Below are positions 39,001 to 48,062 of a DNA stretch of 64,000 bases, piece after piece. The notes below the pieces were generated by a model. The model was not told the origin of the DNA. It worked only from the letters and a program-made list of their open reading frames with translations, and made no database searches. The stretch comes from Bdellovibrionales bacterium (GTDB taxonomy: Bacteria; Bdellovibrionota; Bdellovibrionia; Bdellovibrionales; UBA1609): contig OZ241329.1 in the NCBI GenBank assembly GCA_965199825.1, positions 2,496,001 to 2,560,000 on the forward strand, read 5' to 3'. The number at the start of each line of letters is the position of its first letter. Position 1 is the stretch's first letter. The position numbers were made by a program, and so were the translations under genes.

Positions 39001-40718
39001 ACCGAAATATTTTGGCAACTCATCACATCGCCTACCGCATTATATGTGAGAGTTTGATTTGAAGCGCAAGAGTTTGCAAATTGATTGCTCCCCGTGACCG
39101 TTGATCTCAAATCGGTCATCGCAACAAAATTGGGTGTCCAATTCGTTCCGTTAAACCGCAAAACTTGACCGTTGGTCATTGGTGCTGTGGCACTTAAGGA
39201 AATTCCATTTAATTTAACAACTGTAAAGCCGCCCGTATTGCTCATCAACACATCGCCAGAGGGTGAGATGGCGGTCGCCACATTACTTAAGTTTCCCACC
39301 CAAATTTTTGCGGCCTGGAGTGAGGAGCTCATTTTGTTATTAAAGATTGTCCAATCGCCAGCTGACAATGCTCCGTCTTGGGTGCCACTCGATAATTGAA
39401 TTGCGAGATTTGGAGCGGTTGTTGAGCCTGAATTTATCAGTGGGGAAGTTACAGCTATGGGTGATGTTACCGACGGTGTGACCCAAGATAAAATTCCCGA
39501 GGCATCGGTTGCCAAAACTTGATTGGCTGAACCCAAAGCCGAGGGCCAAGTCAAAAGATAACTGGAACTAACGGCTGTGGGAGCTTGGAATCCAATGTAA
39601 TTGGGCCCTATACCCGAATGATCGTATAAATATGTTTTATTTGATGTCACACTCCCGGTGGTTAAAATATTTCCCGAAGTCGAAATCGAGGTGCTGCCGT
39701 TGATTGCACCACTTGAAATTGCCGAACCATTTATATTGGTTAAGTTCGAAGCATCCAAAGCAGGAAGTTTTGCACCGGTTTGCACCTGTACGATTTTTCC
39801 AGCAGTGGTTCCTGTATCCACCGCGATGGATTGCCCACCGGTGGTAATGGTCCCGCCCGTAAGGCCCGCCCCTGCGGTCAAAGATGTGATTCCATTTCCG
39901 GCCGCACCTACGGTTTGCACCGAGGATCCATTATAAAATTTTAAAACATTTCCGCCGGAGTCATACCAAAATTGACCAGAGCTTAAGCCTGTTGAAGGCT
40001 GCCCCGCAATTTGTGGAACACCGGCTGCGCCATTACTTCCTGCTTGAACATAATTTGCAGGTGGAACCGCCAAAAGTGAAGTGAGTCGTGGATAGTTGGA
40101 ATTTGAAAAAACATTTTCTAGATTGGACTGCGACAAATTTGCGGGCGAATTGGTATTGACCTGCAGTAATTGCGAGGCGGTTAGACCTTGCACACTTTCG
40201 GCCCGCTCGGCAACGACAGCCATCGGAACAGAGTCCAATGTCATATAAGGACTGATCGCTCGAGTGATTCTATCGGAGGACGGGGTAAACTGAAATTTGA
40301 GATACCTTTGATCACCAGGCATCGGCACATAGTTACAACTTGATCCATTCGCAAGCGACCGCCCCGAAATATTTCCTGCGGTGTTCGAATAAATGTGAGC
40401 CATCATTAAAGCGGGATCACCCGAAGTTCTTTTAGAGGAACCCAATGGGGATCCCACTTGTTCCGAAAAATACCCGCTCGTAGTGATTGTGTTTACATTC
40501 TGACTTTCATCATAAAGGATGCAAGTTTGGGTGGGATCAAGAATTTGAATATGAATGGTCACACGGGGATCAATCACCGGAACGGTTCCTCCGGGATCAC
40601 TATAAAGCCTGCCGTCGAGGGTGAAAGATTGCGGTGTTTCACCCGCACCAAAACTGAAAACCGGAATCAATAAAAACAATACGCTAAGTAAATTGCACGT
40701 AGAAAACATTGAACACAT
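36012..40718 (-). CDS. Phage-tail-fibre-like surface adhesin (Bdellovibrio MAT-like)
   Basis: 1568 aa, Ser/Thr/Gly-rich; signal peptide; N-terminal FTLDGRL..CILYDE..GYFS domain; seven G(N/L/S)VGIGT repeats; GMIRFNST motif. Confidence 0.85.
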   Translation of the reverse strand: MCSMFSTCNLLSVLFLLIPVFSFGAGETPQSFTLDGRLYSDPGGTVPVIDPRVTIHIQILDPTQTCILYDESQNVNTITTSGYFSEQVGSPLGSSKRTSGDPALMMAHIYSNTAGNISGRSLANGSSCNYVPMPGDQRYLKFQFTPSSDRITRAISPYMTLDSVPMAVVAERAESVQGLTASQLLQVNTNSPANLSQSNLENVFSNSNYPRLTSLLAVPPANYVQAGSNGAAGVPQIAGQPSTGLSSGQFWYDSGGNVLKFYNGSSVQTVGAAGNGITSLTAGAGLTGGTITTGGQSIAVDTGTTAGKIVQVQTGAKLPALDASNLTNINGSAISSGAINGSTSISTSGNILTTGSVTSNKTYLYDHSGIGPNYIGFQAPTAVSSSYLLTWPSALGSANQVLATDASGILSWVTPSVTSPIAVTSPLINSGSTTAPNLAIQLSSGTQDGALSAGDWTIFNNKMSSSLQAAKIWVGNLSNVATAISPSGDVLMSNTGGFTVVKLNGISLSATAPMTNGQVLRFNGTNWTPNFVAMTDLRSTVTGSNQFANSCASNQTLTYNAVGDVMSCQNISVDATNFASQNANTILAGPTGTSGTPTFRSLASADLPSLSSGLTGILPMANGGTGAATLNGAGIFKNGGNSFGAPAVLGTSDTNNLSLVTNGSPQLTVLSNGNVGIGTTSPVSLLNIAGAPIASASSALLSVGNGGWNGTAGSFSGNSNGTILGLNAGVGYNGNLIDLQYNGASRLSLSQAGFLSVSTGFSTTVITGVDSTGTVYSPNGSRSVPSLNPFIAANNQATDGTIAAYSAYAKNSAGIAQRGYLGFVSNTGAANYTPTIVIGQQTGAATYLERMRIDPLGNVGIGTSSPQVSLDLSSKTDAVSLPAGTTAQQPTTLAAGMIRFNSTNSVVEYYNGTSWTTLTSGASNSYLSSSGGTLSGALTISSGGLNLTSGGITNAGNITNVGSNISGLGAVTLSSGGTAQNLNLSSSTTGAVNLKSGNGTQLSIIDGGASTVDYLTIKGAATNGGILAATAPTLSAAGSDANINLSFAPKGTGNTLFSNGNVGIGTATPNFNLDVNGTLNATSIQSGGIASNGTLNAQAWHGTVYSSSSSSVALPEADYVQMNVSNPNTSDGTQALISFSPNNSNGNTQQAYIAAYSVAGSSSYTPIVVIGQKTGATSYQERMRIDGSGNVGIGTTAPSKTLDVASTVEHDAVNGSTSQIVIRGPSSSTSRLNLGYDTTNGFGFIEALNQGLAWQNLTLQPSGGLVGIGTTSPAYPLDVNGVVHTSSYFVTDDSWGTKWQFAGPSDVMSMDVGTTSWMSNIHANGVTRFRFNSDKPGSINGPIVDFNTNGNSIFYGSVGIGTTSPTGKLSVSDSVAGNVLMSVTNTSTNGGAYSTLGSYSSSYFNEWRIYQAGASQIQTNAPYLDINNNAGYIKLDTMGAERVRIDNSGNVGIGTTSPASKLTVAGAIVSTPTAVATGATLDLSTSNTFTLASVGGSAITLNNFAHGGNYTIVVKDSTSRTYTFTNCNTSRFKPANAPTVASSWTVYSILAISNGSTYDCLINWTTGY

Positions 40719-40932
40719 ACTCCGTCATTTCGCCTGAGTCCTGATTGACGCTGCGCCTAGCCTAGATGTTGGTCGATTAAGAAAATGTGGACAAGCAGTT
40801 ATTTTGCAAGACCTTGGGCTAGTAACTAAACATAAATAATTTGATTAGGTTTTTTGGATCAACTTAAAGGCTCGAAATCGTTGGGACACTTCATAATGCG
40901 TCATTCGAAACCGATAAGTTGTGTAAAGAGGT

Positions 40933-42108
40933 TTGGACTTTAAAACCAACTTTAGGGAACTGATGCGATTGTTAAAAAATATAAATCGATTCGAAAGACG
41001 ATTGTTGATCGGCTGTGCAATTTGCATCTTGCTGATCTATTTTTTTTATTTTGGATCACCACCAAAAAAAGAATTGCCTCCACCTGCGCCACGATTAGTA
41101 CAACAGGAAGAAAACAAAAATAGTTTGATCGATCAGCCGCCTATTTTTGCTACATCCAGCGAGAGCTTAACTTTAATCAACAACAAAGCGACTTTACAAA
41201 TTCAACTCCAGACCGAAGCTTTGGTTTCTGGTTTTGAAATTGAATCCTCGAGAACTCCAGATTTTTCTGCAAGCCGCGTGTATTTGTCATCCTCAGCTCG
41301 GATTTCGAGGGATTTTTCATTTCCTGCGCGTTACTTTTACCGCTTTCGCTCGATCAATGGCGATCAGGAGCGCTCGCTCTGGTCAAAAACCTTGGTTGTA
41401 AAAATTGTTGAGCCTACGGTATTTCACCAAGAGGCAACTTTAAGGGATCCTGCTTCGGTTGAGACATTAAAAGAACTCGAAATTGAGAATTCAGTTCTCA
41501 GCGATCAGTATCGACAATCCAGACTCTCGATTGAGACTTTTTTATTAAATCAATATTCGACCCAGCAGTATTTTCAAGATCTGACCGCACCCAAATCATT
41601 GGGTGTTGGATTGAGCGGATTAAAATGGTTTGAAAAAAGCGGAATCGAGGCAAGCATCAAAACTCAAGGCTTGGGATTAAACTCATCGAGCCATCAAACT
41701 TCTTTTAAAGATCTTGAAGCTCGATACCACTATCGCTACTTCACCAATTTTGGATTTGCTCGAGAAATGCAAATTTCAATTTTTGGTGGATATGAAATCG
41801 TACGCAACAATGGAGCTTATTTCGCAAACGCCTACGATCTTTTAAAAATCGGAACGACTGTGGAATTTCCTTTGGGTGACAACTTTGCAATGGGCGGCAC
41901 TCTTGGTTACGGTCGAAGTTTAAGAGGCAGTTACAAACAAGAGATCTCCTGGCATCTCGATTACTTTTTAAATATGAGATGGTCCGTGGGAGTTGGCTAT
42001 CGCCTCTTTTTATTTCAAGCCGGCTCAACAAATGAAAGCGCTGGCAATCAAATCCCCTCTCGTGAATCTTCCACCGAAGCCTATTCGGTCTTAAATTATC
42101 ACTTTTAA
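40933..42108 (+). CDS. Membrane-anchored protein with Fn3-like domain and C-terminal beta-barrel-like region
   Basis: N-terminal TM; SRTPDFS..YFYRFRS..SLWS Fn3 pattern; amphipathic strands ending YHF. Confidence 0.65.
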   Translation: MDFKTNFRELMRLLKNINRFERRLLIGCAICILLIYFFYFGSPPKKELPPPAPRLVQQEENKNSLIDQPPIFATSSESLTLINNKATLQIQLQTEALVSGFEIESSRTPDFSASRVYLSSSARISRDFSFPARYFYRFRSINGDQERSLWSKTLVVKIVEPTVFHQEATLRDPASVETLKELEIENSVLSDQYRQSRLSIETFLLNQYSTQQYFQDLTAPKSLGVGLSGLKWFEKSGIEASIKTQGLGLNSSSHQTSFKDLEARYHYRYFTNFGFAREMQISIFGGYEIVRNNGAYFANAYDLLKIGTTVEFPLGDNFAMGGTLGYGRSLRGSYKQEISWHLDYFLNMRWSVGVGYRLFLFQAGSTNESAGNQIPSRESSTEAYSVLNYHF

Positions 42109-42109
42109 A

Positions 42110-42137
42110 TTGCACTCGATATTTTTAGTCATAAAAT
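42110..42137 (+). promoter_or_regulatory. Sigma70-type promoter, probably leaderless transcript
   Basis: TTGCAC-N16-TAAAAT, 7 nt before ATG 42145, no SD. Confidence 0.5.
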
Positions 42138-42144
42138 AAAACTC

Positions 42145-42423
42145 ATGAAGTATTATGTTTTGTTATTGAGTTTTATGATTGTGGCTTGTGATCAAACCGC
42201 CCAAAATTTTGTTTCTTCTGTCGAGGATCCCAACCGCAGCTCTTCGAGTACCTCAATATTTGGCAACGGTCCAATGGCAGCAAAAATCTCTGCGGGTCAT
42301 CTTCTAGGATTTACCACCAATGGTGCGGTCAACATTCATGTGAGCCCTACCGATCATTTCTATTCGGCAACTAATGGCAGTGCCCGACTGACAATGAGTC
42401 GCACTCGAGTTTCTTCGCACTAA
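42145..42423 (+). CDS. Small lipoprotein
   Basis: MKYYVLLLSFMIVAC lipobox; 92 aa. Confidence 0.7.
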   Translation: MKYYVLLLSFMIVACDQTAQNFVSSVEDPNRSSSSTSIFGNGPMAAKISAGHLLGFTTNGAVNIHVSPTDHFYSATNGSARLTMSRTRVSSH

Positions 42424-42497
42424 GTGACAACAATGACGGCTCTGATTCGAGTTCTGTGATAACCGTTGCATTAAAAAGCGATTGTACTGTGGAGGGA

Positions 42498-43304
42498 CTA
42501 ATGTCGATGATGGGCACGATGATGACCCGAGCACAAAATCGTCAGGTTCTCGATTTCATCTGTCCCACCTTTTGATCTGGGCTGCTGATGGTGGATATCA
42601 AGATGTCTTTGCTGCGTGCATCTTTCACCATTTTCATCGATGTGGGTACATTGACCCTCATACTTCTGATGCACTTTGCGTTTGATGGTGATTTTCGAAG
42701 AGCTTTTGGGCGGGCACGATTTTTTGAGTGGATCCAATTTCTCAAGTAATAACTGAGTTGCGTGATCGTGAACATCTTGGATGGTAGTAGCGCGTTTTAG
42801 TTTTTGGCTTAAAAGATCTTGGGCTCTTTCGATTTCTTTAAATTTTTCTTCTGTCACTGCATATGTGATTTGAATCAGAGTTGTTTCGCCCACTTGTTTG
42901 TATCGTGCCCGCTCGGGAATTGCTTTTTCAGGATGCGCTTTGGCGATTTGTTTTTCTAAATTTCTTTTTGTGCCTTTGGCGTGTTCGCACCATTCGAGAA
43001 CATTTTCTGGAGTGATGATACTTGCGATGCGGTTAATTTTAGAAACAGAAAGTTCACCCGTTTCCATTTGGGTTTTAAGTTCAGGAACTTCGGTAAATTT
43101 CTTGGCGAGTTTATTAAAGATGCTTGCCAGTTCCTCTGACATTTTGAGTTGCTTTGTTGAGTATTCAAAAAGGGATCGGCAGCCAAACTTATAATAGCTT
43201 CTGTTGCGCCACACTTGCTCTAAAGCATTCAACAATTCCATTTCGGTTTTGCGGTGGTTCTTTGCTGCGATCACTGCGGTCTCGTGAATTTTTTGATGAC
43301 TCAT
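42498..43304 (-). CDS. HNH endonuclease with DUF222-like helical N-terminus
   Basis: C-terminal CTH..RC....LDIHH.QPRSKGG....NLTILCSGHH; SD AGGAG and extended -10 TGTTACAAT upstream. Confidence 0.9.
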   Translation of the reverse strand: MSHQKIHETAVIAAKNHRKTEMELLNALEQVWRNRSYYKFGCRSLFEYSTKQLKMSEELASIFNKLAKKFTEVPELKTQMETGELSVSKINRIASIITPENVLEWCEHAKGTKRNLEKQIAKAHPEKAIPERARYKQVGETTLIQITYAVTEEKFKEIERAQDLLSQKLKRATTIQDVHDHATQLLLEKLDPLKKSCPPKSSSKITIKRKVHQKYEGQCTHIDENGERCTQQRHLDIHHQQPRSKGGTDEIENLTILCSGHHRAHHRH

Positions 43305-43565
43305 TAAATATCTCCTATTTACTGAGCCGATTGTAACATGGTTTTTTTGGATATGGATTTCAGGGGACTTCGTCTAGTTTTTACCATCAGGTTTTTCGTG
43401 GTGTTATTGAGTTGAGGTGCGCTTGTAAAGTGTGAACGCTTCAAAAATGAATCGAATGTATTTAAAAATTTAACCTTGGGGATTTAAAGACACTTAAAAA
43501 GCGGTCAATATTTTTTTTGAGCGGGCACGATAATTTGTGAAACCAAACTCTGGCGGGCACGACAA
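42708..43565. repeat. Clustered 10-14 bp motif GCGGGCACGA (four copies here, one more at 5126-5135)
   Basis: Exact copies at 42710-42719 (+), 42903-42912 (-), 43521-43530 (+) and 43553-43562 (+). Confidence 0.8.
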
Positions 43566-43669
43566 TCAACGAGATCGCCTAAGTCCACCCAAACACAAGT
43601 AAACCAAAGTGGTTTTTAGAGTGTTCGGATTCCGGGAGCAAATGGTTCATTAAGCGTCAGTTGTAAAAG

Positions 43670-43746
43670 TGGTCGGACCGACTGGATTCGAACCAGCGAC
43701 CCCAACCACCCCAAGGTTGTGCGCTACCAGGCTGCGCTACGGTCCG
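43670..43746 (-). tRNA. tRNA-Pro (GGG)
   Basis: 77 nt, CGGACCG...CGGTCCGACCA; anticodon arm CAACC-TTGGGGT-GGTTG; T-loop GGTTCGAATCC; encoded CCA. Confidence 0.97.
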
Positions 43747-43802
43747 ACACAAGATGTCCGTGGCGTTTTGTTAGCAAATGCTCAGGGTGATGTAAAGCGC
43801 GA

Positions 43803-44285
43803 TTAAAAGCTGGAACGAAAACGAGATTTTAAACTTCTGATGTCATTAATCAGATCTTCGGTTTTGGATCGCGCATCTTCAAGACAATTGGTGACGGTGC
43901 GCAAATCTTTGACACGTTGATTGTCTTTGCGCAATTTTTTAAGAGCCGATTTTGCGCCTTCGATCGAAAATTTATCGCGATAAAGAAGTTTTTTGATGAG
44001 CATCAAAGTTTCAACATCTCGGCGCTCATACATGCGCTGATTGTGTTTTGATTTTTTGGGCCTGAGAGCTCCAAATTCGGTTTCCCAATATCGAAGAACG
44101 TAAGCTTTGACCTCTAACAGATCGGCAACCTCGCCGATTCGAAATGCCATTTTTTGCGGAATGCGTGAGAGATCACGCTCTAAAACATCATCCACCGCCA
44201 CTGGGACTGCCAGTGCCGCGGGAGCAAACAGTGTGGTCTCGAGAGTTAAGACCTCGTCGCGCTCAAGATTCGTCATCATCATCAC
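43803..44285 (-). CDS. MerR family transcriptional regulator
   Basis: FRIGEVADLLEVKAYVLRYWETEF..L.P.K...QRMY; conserved position after ihfA. Confidence 0.9.
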   Translation of the reverse strand: MMMMTNLERDEVLTLETTLFAPAALAVPVAVDDVLERDLSRIPQKMAFRIGEVADLLEVKAYVLRYWETEFGALRPKKSKHNQRMYERRDVETLMLIKKLLYRDKFSIEGAKSALKKLRKDNQRVKDLRTVTNCLEDARSKTEDLINDIRSLKSRFRSSF

Positions 44286-44607
44286 TCAAATTGGTTATGT
44301 CTTCGCCATTGAGAATTGCTTTTAAAACCTGGCTTGGACGAAAGGTCAAAACACGTCTCGCCGAAATTTTGATTTGATCACCGGTTTGAGGGTTTCGCCC
44401 CACGCGCTCTTTTTTTTCGCGCACAATAAAATTTCCGAATCCAGAAATTTTAACTTTGTCTCCATCGCACAACTTGTCTTTGAGGCTCGCAAAAACCATC
44501 TCTACCAACTCAGAAGCTTCTTTTTTTGAAAAGCCAATTTTTTGGTAAACCTTTTCGACAATATCAGCCTTTGTCATTGTGGATCGGCTTGTGTTGGTAG
44601 AATTCAT
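44263..44607 (-). CDS. ihfA: Integration host factor subunit alpha
   Basis: MTKADIVE, VKISGFGNF, RVGRNPQTG; follows pheT. Confidence 0.93.
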   Translation of the reverse strand: MNSTNTSRSTMTKADIVEKVYQKIGFSKKEASELVEMVFASLKDKLCDGDKVKISGFGNFIVREKKERVGRNPQTGDQIKISARRVLTFRPSQVLKAILNGEDITNLSDDDDES

Positions 44608-44653
44608 AGTGAAAGGCTAACAACCCAGATCGAAGTTGCAATTATTTTTCCAC

Positions 44654-47014
44654 TTACCGCATCGCAACGCCAAGGGTATTTTGGACCGCGGCGATCACCT
44701 TATTCTGGAGCGCCATTAAGGTCTCTTCCGAAAGGGTTGACTGCGCATCCTGGAGAATCATTCGGTAAGACAAACTACGAACACCTTGTGGCATGTTGTC
44801 GCCCACAAATATTTTTACCACCTGAAGGTGCTGCAAATAAGGTGTGGTGTTTTTTCGAATCACCTCTTCAACGCGCGATGTGGGCAAATCGAGAGGCACC
44901 AAAAACGAGAGGTCCCTTTCCACCGCAGGATAGAGCGAGAGACTCTTTATTTTGGTGGCACGGGGTTGACCTACCATCAATTGATCAAGATCAAGGTCGC
45001 ACAAAGCCAACTCGGTTTTTATTTTTTCTTGTTGAGCGCGTGCCGGATGCATGGTGCCTAATAAGCCCACCCGCCGTCCTTCGACTTTGATACTCACCGT
45101 TTGAGCGGGATGATACAGCGAGGGCACAGAATCTTCTTTTACAAATTGCAAACGACCAATTTTAAGTCGTGCACATAAATTTTCGATGACCGATTTTAAA
45201 ACAAAAACCGGAGGCTGGGGTTCATTCCAAAGGTCGGTGGTATTTCCAAATGCGATCAATGACAGTTTTCGTGTTTCGCTTTGATCGGAATTAAAAATTG
45301 AACCCAATTCAAAAATGCGCCCCGTGCCCACCCCATAACGCAAATTTTGGAGCACATTTTTTATCATGCCGGTTAAAAGCGAGCGCCTCATCACATTGTA
45401 CTCTTCGCTCAAGGGATTCAAAATTGGGATCTCTTGCCCCTCGCCGATCAAATCTAATTGGCGATCTTTATTTACGAACGCGTAGTTGATCACTTGCGAA
45501 AATCCTTCGGCCTCACAAATGCTGCGCAAGTATCGATCTTCAACATATTTTTTGGCATGCTGACTGGGCTCGATCAGCATTTTTGGAAAATGCTCCGGAA
45601 TTTTATCAAATCCATTGAGTCGACCGAATTCTTCAACAGCATCTACATCTTCTTCGAGATCGGCACGGTAAAGAGGTGCGGTGATTTTTAATTTGTTGTC
45701 GGACTCTTCGATTTTACAGTTGAGGTTTTTAAACGTGTCGATCAGCTGTTGTTTTGAAATCGGGTAACCCAATTTTTGACTTGGTAAATCGACATCGAGC
45801 AAAAAGGTGTGGGGTGTCTTTGGTTTGGGATATTGATCAAGCCCACCCACGCATTGGGCATGACAAATTTGTTCCAAAAGTTCTTTTGTGCGAGCAAGTG
45901 CTTGAGGAATAATATCGGCGTCTGTTCCGCGCGAAAATCGGTAGGCCGAGTCGGTTTCGATCCCAAGCTTTCGCGAAGTTTTGCGCACAGTTTGAGGAAC
46001 GAAATGGGCGGCCTCAATAAAGATTTCGGTGGTGTCATTCGAGATTCCAGAATTTGGACTGCCGATCACTCCGGCAATGACCATCGATTCATTTTTATTT
46101 TTGATCATCAGCTCTTCACCGCTGAGATTTATTTTTGATCCATCAAAACTTGTAAAAACCTCGGCTGGTGTCGAAAGGCTGACCTCAATCTGTTGACCAG
46201 TTAATTTTGCAAGATCAAAGGCATGCAAAGGTTGACCGAGTTCCATCATCACAAAGTTTGTGATGTCGACCACATTATTGACCGAGTTGATATCCACTGA
46301 TTGAAGACGCGTTTTTAACCACTGGGGCGAGGGTGCAACTTTGATATTCTTAAACTGCAGCCCCGCATAACGAGGACACAACTCGGGCTCCTTCAAATTC
46401 AAACTAATACTGCTATTTTTGAGTTCGACCGCTTCAGATATTTTTTGTTTTAATGGCCGATTAAAATCAAAGGTGAGCTCACGAGCCAAACCAAAATGGC
46501 TAAGAGCATCCGAGCGATTGGGATAAACTTTGAGATCAAAGATCACATCGTCTTTGCCCATGTAATTCGCAAAACTTTGGCCCACGGGTGCGCTCGAATC
46601 CAAAATCATAATTCCTTCGGAATCTTCTAAAAGCCCAAGTTCTTTTTCAGAACACAACATCCCTTGGCTTTCGACATCGCGAATTTTTGAAAGTTTGATC
46701 TCAAAATTTCCGGGCAACACCGCACCGACCATTGCAACCACCACATGGTCCAACGCTTTATGATTTTTGGCACCGCACACAATTTGTTTTGTGACTCCAC
46801 CGCCCACATCGACTTTGCAGAGGCTTAAGCGATCGGCATTGGGATGCTGACCTTTTTCAAGAATCTTACCGATCACAACATGATCAAAATTTTTACTTAA
46901 ATCCTCAACCCCTTCGACCTCAAAGCCCACCGAGGTCAAACGCTCGGCAATCGCTTGTGCCGAAAGATCTTTGAGATCAATAAATTCATTAAGCCACTTG
47001 AGCGACATTTTCAT
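44654..47014 (-). CDS. pheT: Phenylalanine-tRNA ligase beta subunit
   Basis: HPNADRLSLC, IVCGA, SQGMLCS, PNRSD, GQPLHAFD and C-terminal anticodon-binding domain. Confidence 0.97.
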   Translation of the reverse strand: MKMSLKWLNEFIDLKDLSAQAIAERLTSVGFEVEGVEDLSKNFDHVVIGKILEKGQHPNADRLSLCKVDVGGGVTKQIVCGAKNHKALDHVVVAMVGAVLPGNFEIKLSKIRDVESQGMLCSEKELGLLEDSEGIMILDSSAPVGQSFANYMGKDDVIFDLKVYPNRSDALSHFGLARELTFDFNRPLKQKISEAVELKNSSISLNLKEPELCPRYAGLQFKNIKVAPSPQWLKTRLQSVDINSVNNVVDITNFVMMELGQPLHAFDLAKLTGQQIEVSLSTPAEVFTSFDGSKINLSGEELMIKNKNESMVIAGVIGSPNSGISNDTTEIFIEAAHFVPQTVRKTSRKLGIETDSAYRFSRGTDADIIPQALARTKELLEQICHAQCVGGLDQYPKPKTPHTFLLDVDLPSQKLGYPISKQQLIDTFKNLNCKIEESDNKLKITAPLYRADLEEDVDAVEEFGRLNGFDKIPEHFPKMLIEPSQHAKKYVEDRYLRSICEAEGFSQVINYAFVNKDRQLDLIGEGQEIPILNPLSEEYNVMRRSLLTGMIKNVLQNLRYGVGTGRIFELGSIFNSDQSETRKLSLIAFGNTTDLWNEPQPPVFVLKSVIENLCARLKIGRLQFVKEDSVPSLYHPAQTVSIKVEGRRVGLLGTMHPARAQQEKIKTELALCDLDLDQLMVGQPRATKIKSLSLYPAVERDLSFLVPLDLPTSRVEEVIRKNTTPYLQHLQVVKIFVGDNMPQGVRSLSYRMILQDAQSTLSEETLMALQNKVIAAVQNTLGVAMR

Positions 47015-48039
47015 TTTGCAAACTGCCTTAAAAATTGAATGTTGTTTTCAAAAAAATGACGAATGTCTTCGACCCCGTATTTTAAAATCGCCATGCGCTC
47101 GAGCCCAAATCCAAATGCAAACCCTTGCCATTCTTTTGGATCAAGCTTGAGTGCTTTAAAAACTTTTGGATGCACACAACCACATCCCCCAAGTTCGACC
47201 CAGCCCGTTTGCTGACACATTCTGCAGCCTTTGCCTTTACAGATCATACACGACCCATCAAATTCGGCCGACGGTTCGGTGAATGGAAAAAAGCTGGGCC
47301 GAAATCTCACTTTCATATCGCTGCCAAAAAGTTCTCGCAAAAAGTAAGAGATTGTTCCTTTAAGATCAGCCATCGAAACTTTTTGATCGACCACCAATCC
47401 CTCAACCTGATGAAAATTGGGCGAGTGCGAAACATCACTATCGCAACGAAATACCGATCCCGGTGCTAAAATGCGAATGGGCGGTTTTTCGGTTTGCATC
47501 ACACGAATTTGCACAGGCGATGTGTGGGTGCGAAGAACAGTGTCTTTGGAAATATAAAATGTGTCTTGCATGTCGCGCGAAGGATGATCGGGCGGAATAT
47601 TGAGAGCCTCAAAATTATACCAATCGCTCTCAATCTGCGGGCCCAGTCGCACCGAAAATCCGATGTGCGATAAAATATCGGTGATCTCATCTTGAATCAA
47701 AGCGATGGGATGAATTGAGCCGATCTCGCGTCTTGGCCCCGGAAGAGTAAGATCAAGAGTTTCTGATTTAATTTTATTTTCAAGTGCCTGAGATTTTAAA
47801 ACATCCTCGACCTTTAAATAATTCTCTTCAAGAATTTGCTTTGTGATATTCACAAGCTTTCCAAAAGCGGGCTTTTGTTCTTTTGAAAGAGACTGCATCT
47901 CCTTCATCAAATTTGTGAGTTCACCTTGTTTACCCAAAAATTTTGTTTTTTGTTCATACAAGGCCGTGGTGTCTTGAGCGTTTTTAAAGGCATCAAGGGC
48001 TTCACTTTGCAAATCGGTAAGCTTTTGTTCCAACGTCAT
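47011..48039 (-). CDS. pheS: Phenylalanine-tRNA ligase alpha subunit
   Basis: HPSRDMQDTFY, LRTHTSPVQ, FRPSFFPFTEPSAE, GFAFGFGLER. Confidence 0.98.
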   Translation of the reverse strand: MTLEQKLTDLQSEALDAFKNAQDTTALYEQKTKFLGKQGELTNLMKEMQSLSKEQKPAFGKLVNITKQILEENYLKVEDVLKSQALENKIKSETLDLTLPGPRREIGSIHPIALIQDEITDILSHIGFSVRLGPQIESDWYNFEALNIPPDHPSRDMQDTFYISKDTVLRTHTSPVQIRVMQTEKPPIRILAPGSVFRCDSDVSHSPNFHQVEGLVVDQKVSMADLKGTISYFLRELFGSDMKVRFRPSFFPFTEPSAEFDGSCMICKGKGCRMCQQTGWVELGGCGCVHPKVFKALKLDPKEWQGFAFGFGLERMAILKYGVEDIRHFFENNIQFLRQFAK

Positions 48040-48062
48040 AATAAATTTAGTACTATCCTAGG

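Noticed and set aside
36012..40718. Prophage tail region
   Set aside because: The fibre has a Sec signal peptide and no capsid, terminase, portal or integrase genes are nearby.
43519..43565. Two motif copies 32 bp apart as a mini CRISPR array
   Set aside because: The repeat is only 10 bp with two copies, and there are no cas genes.
43670..43700. tRNA-Pro 3' end as the attachment site of an integrated island
   Set aside because: I found no duplicate of the tRNA 3' end and no integrase in the window; a partner site outside the window cannot be excluded.
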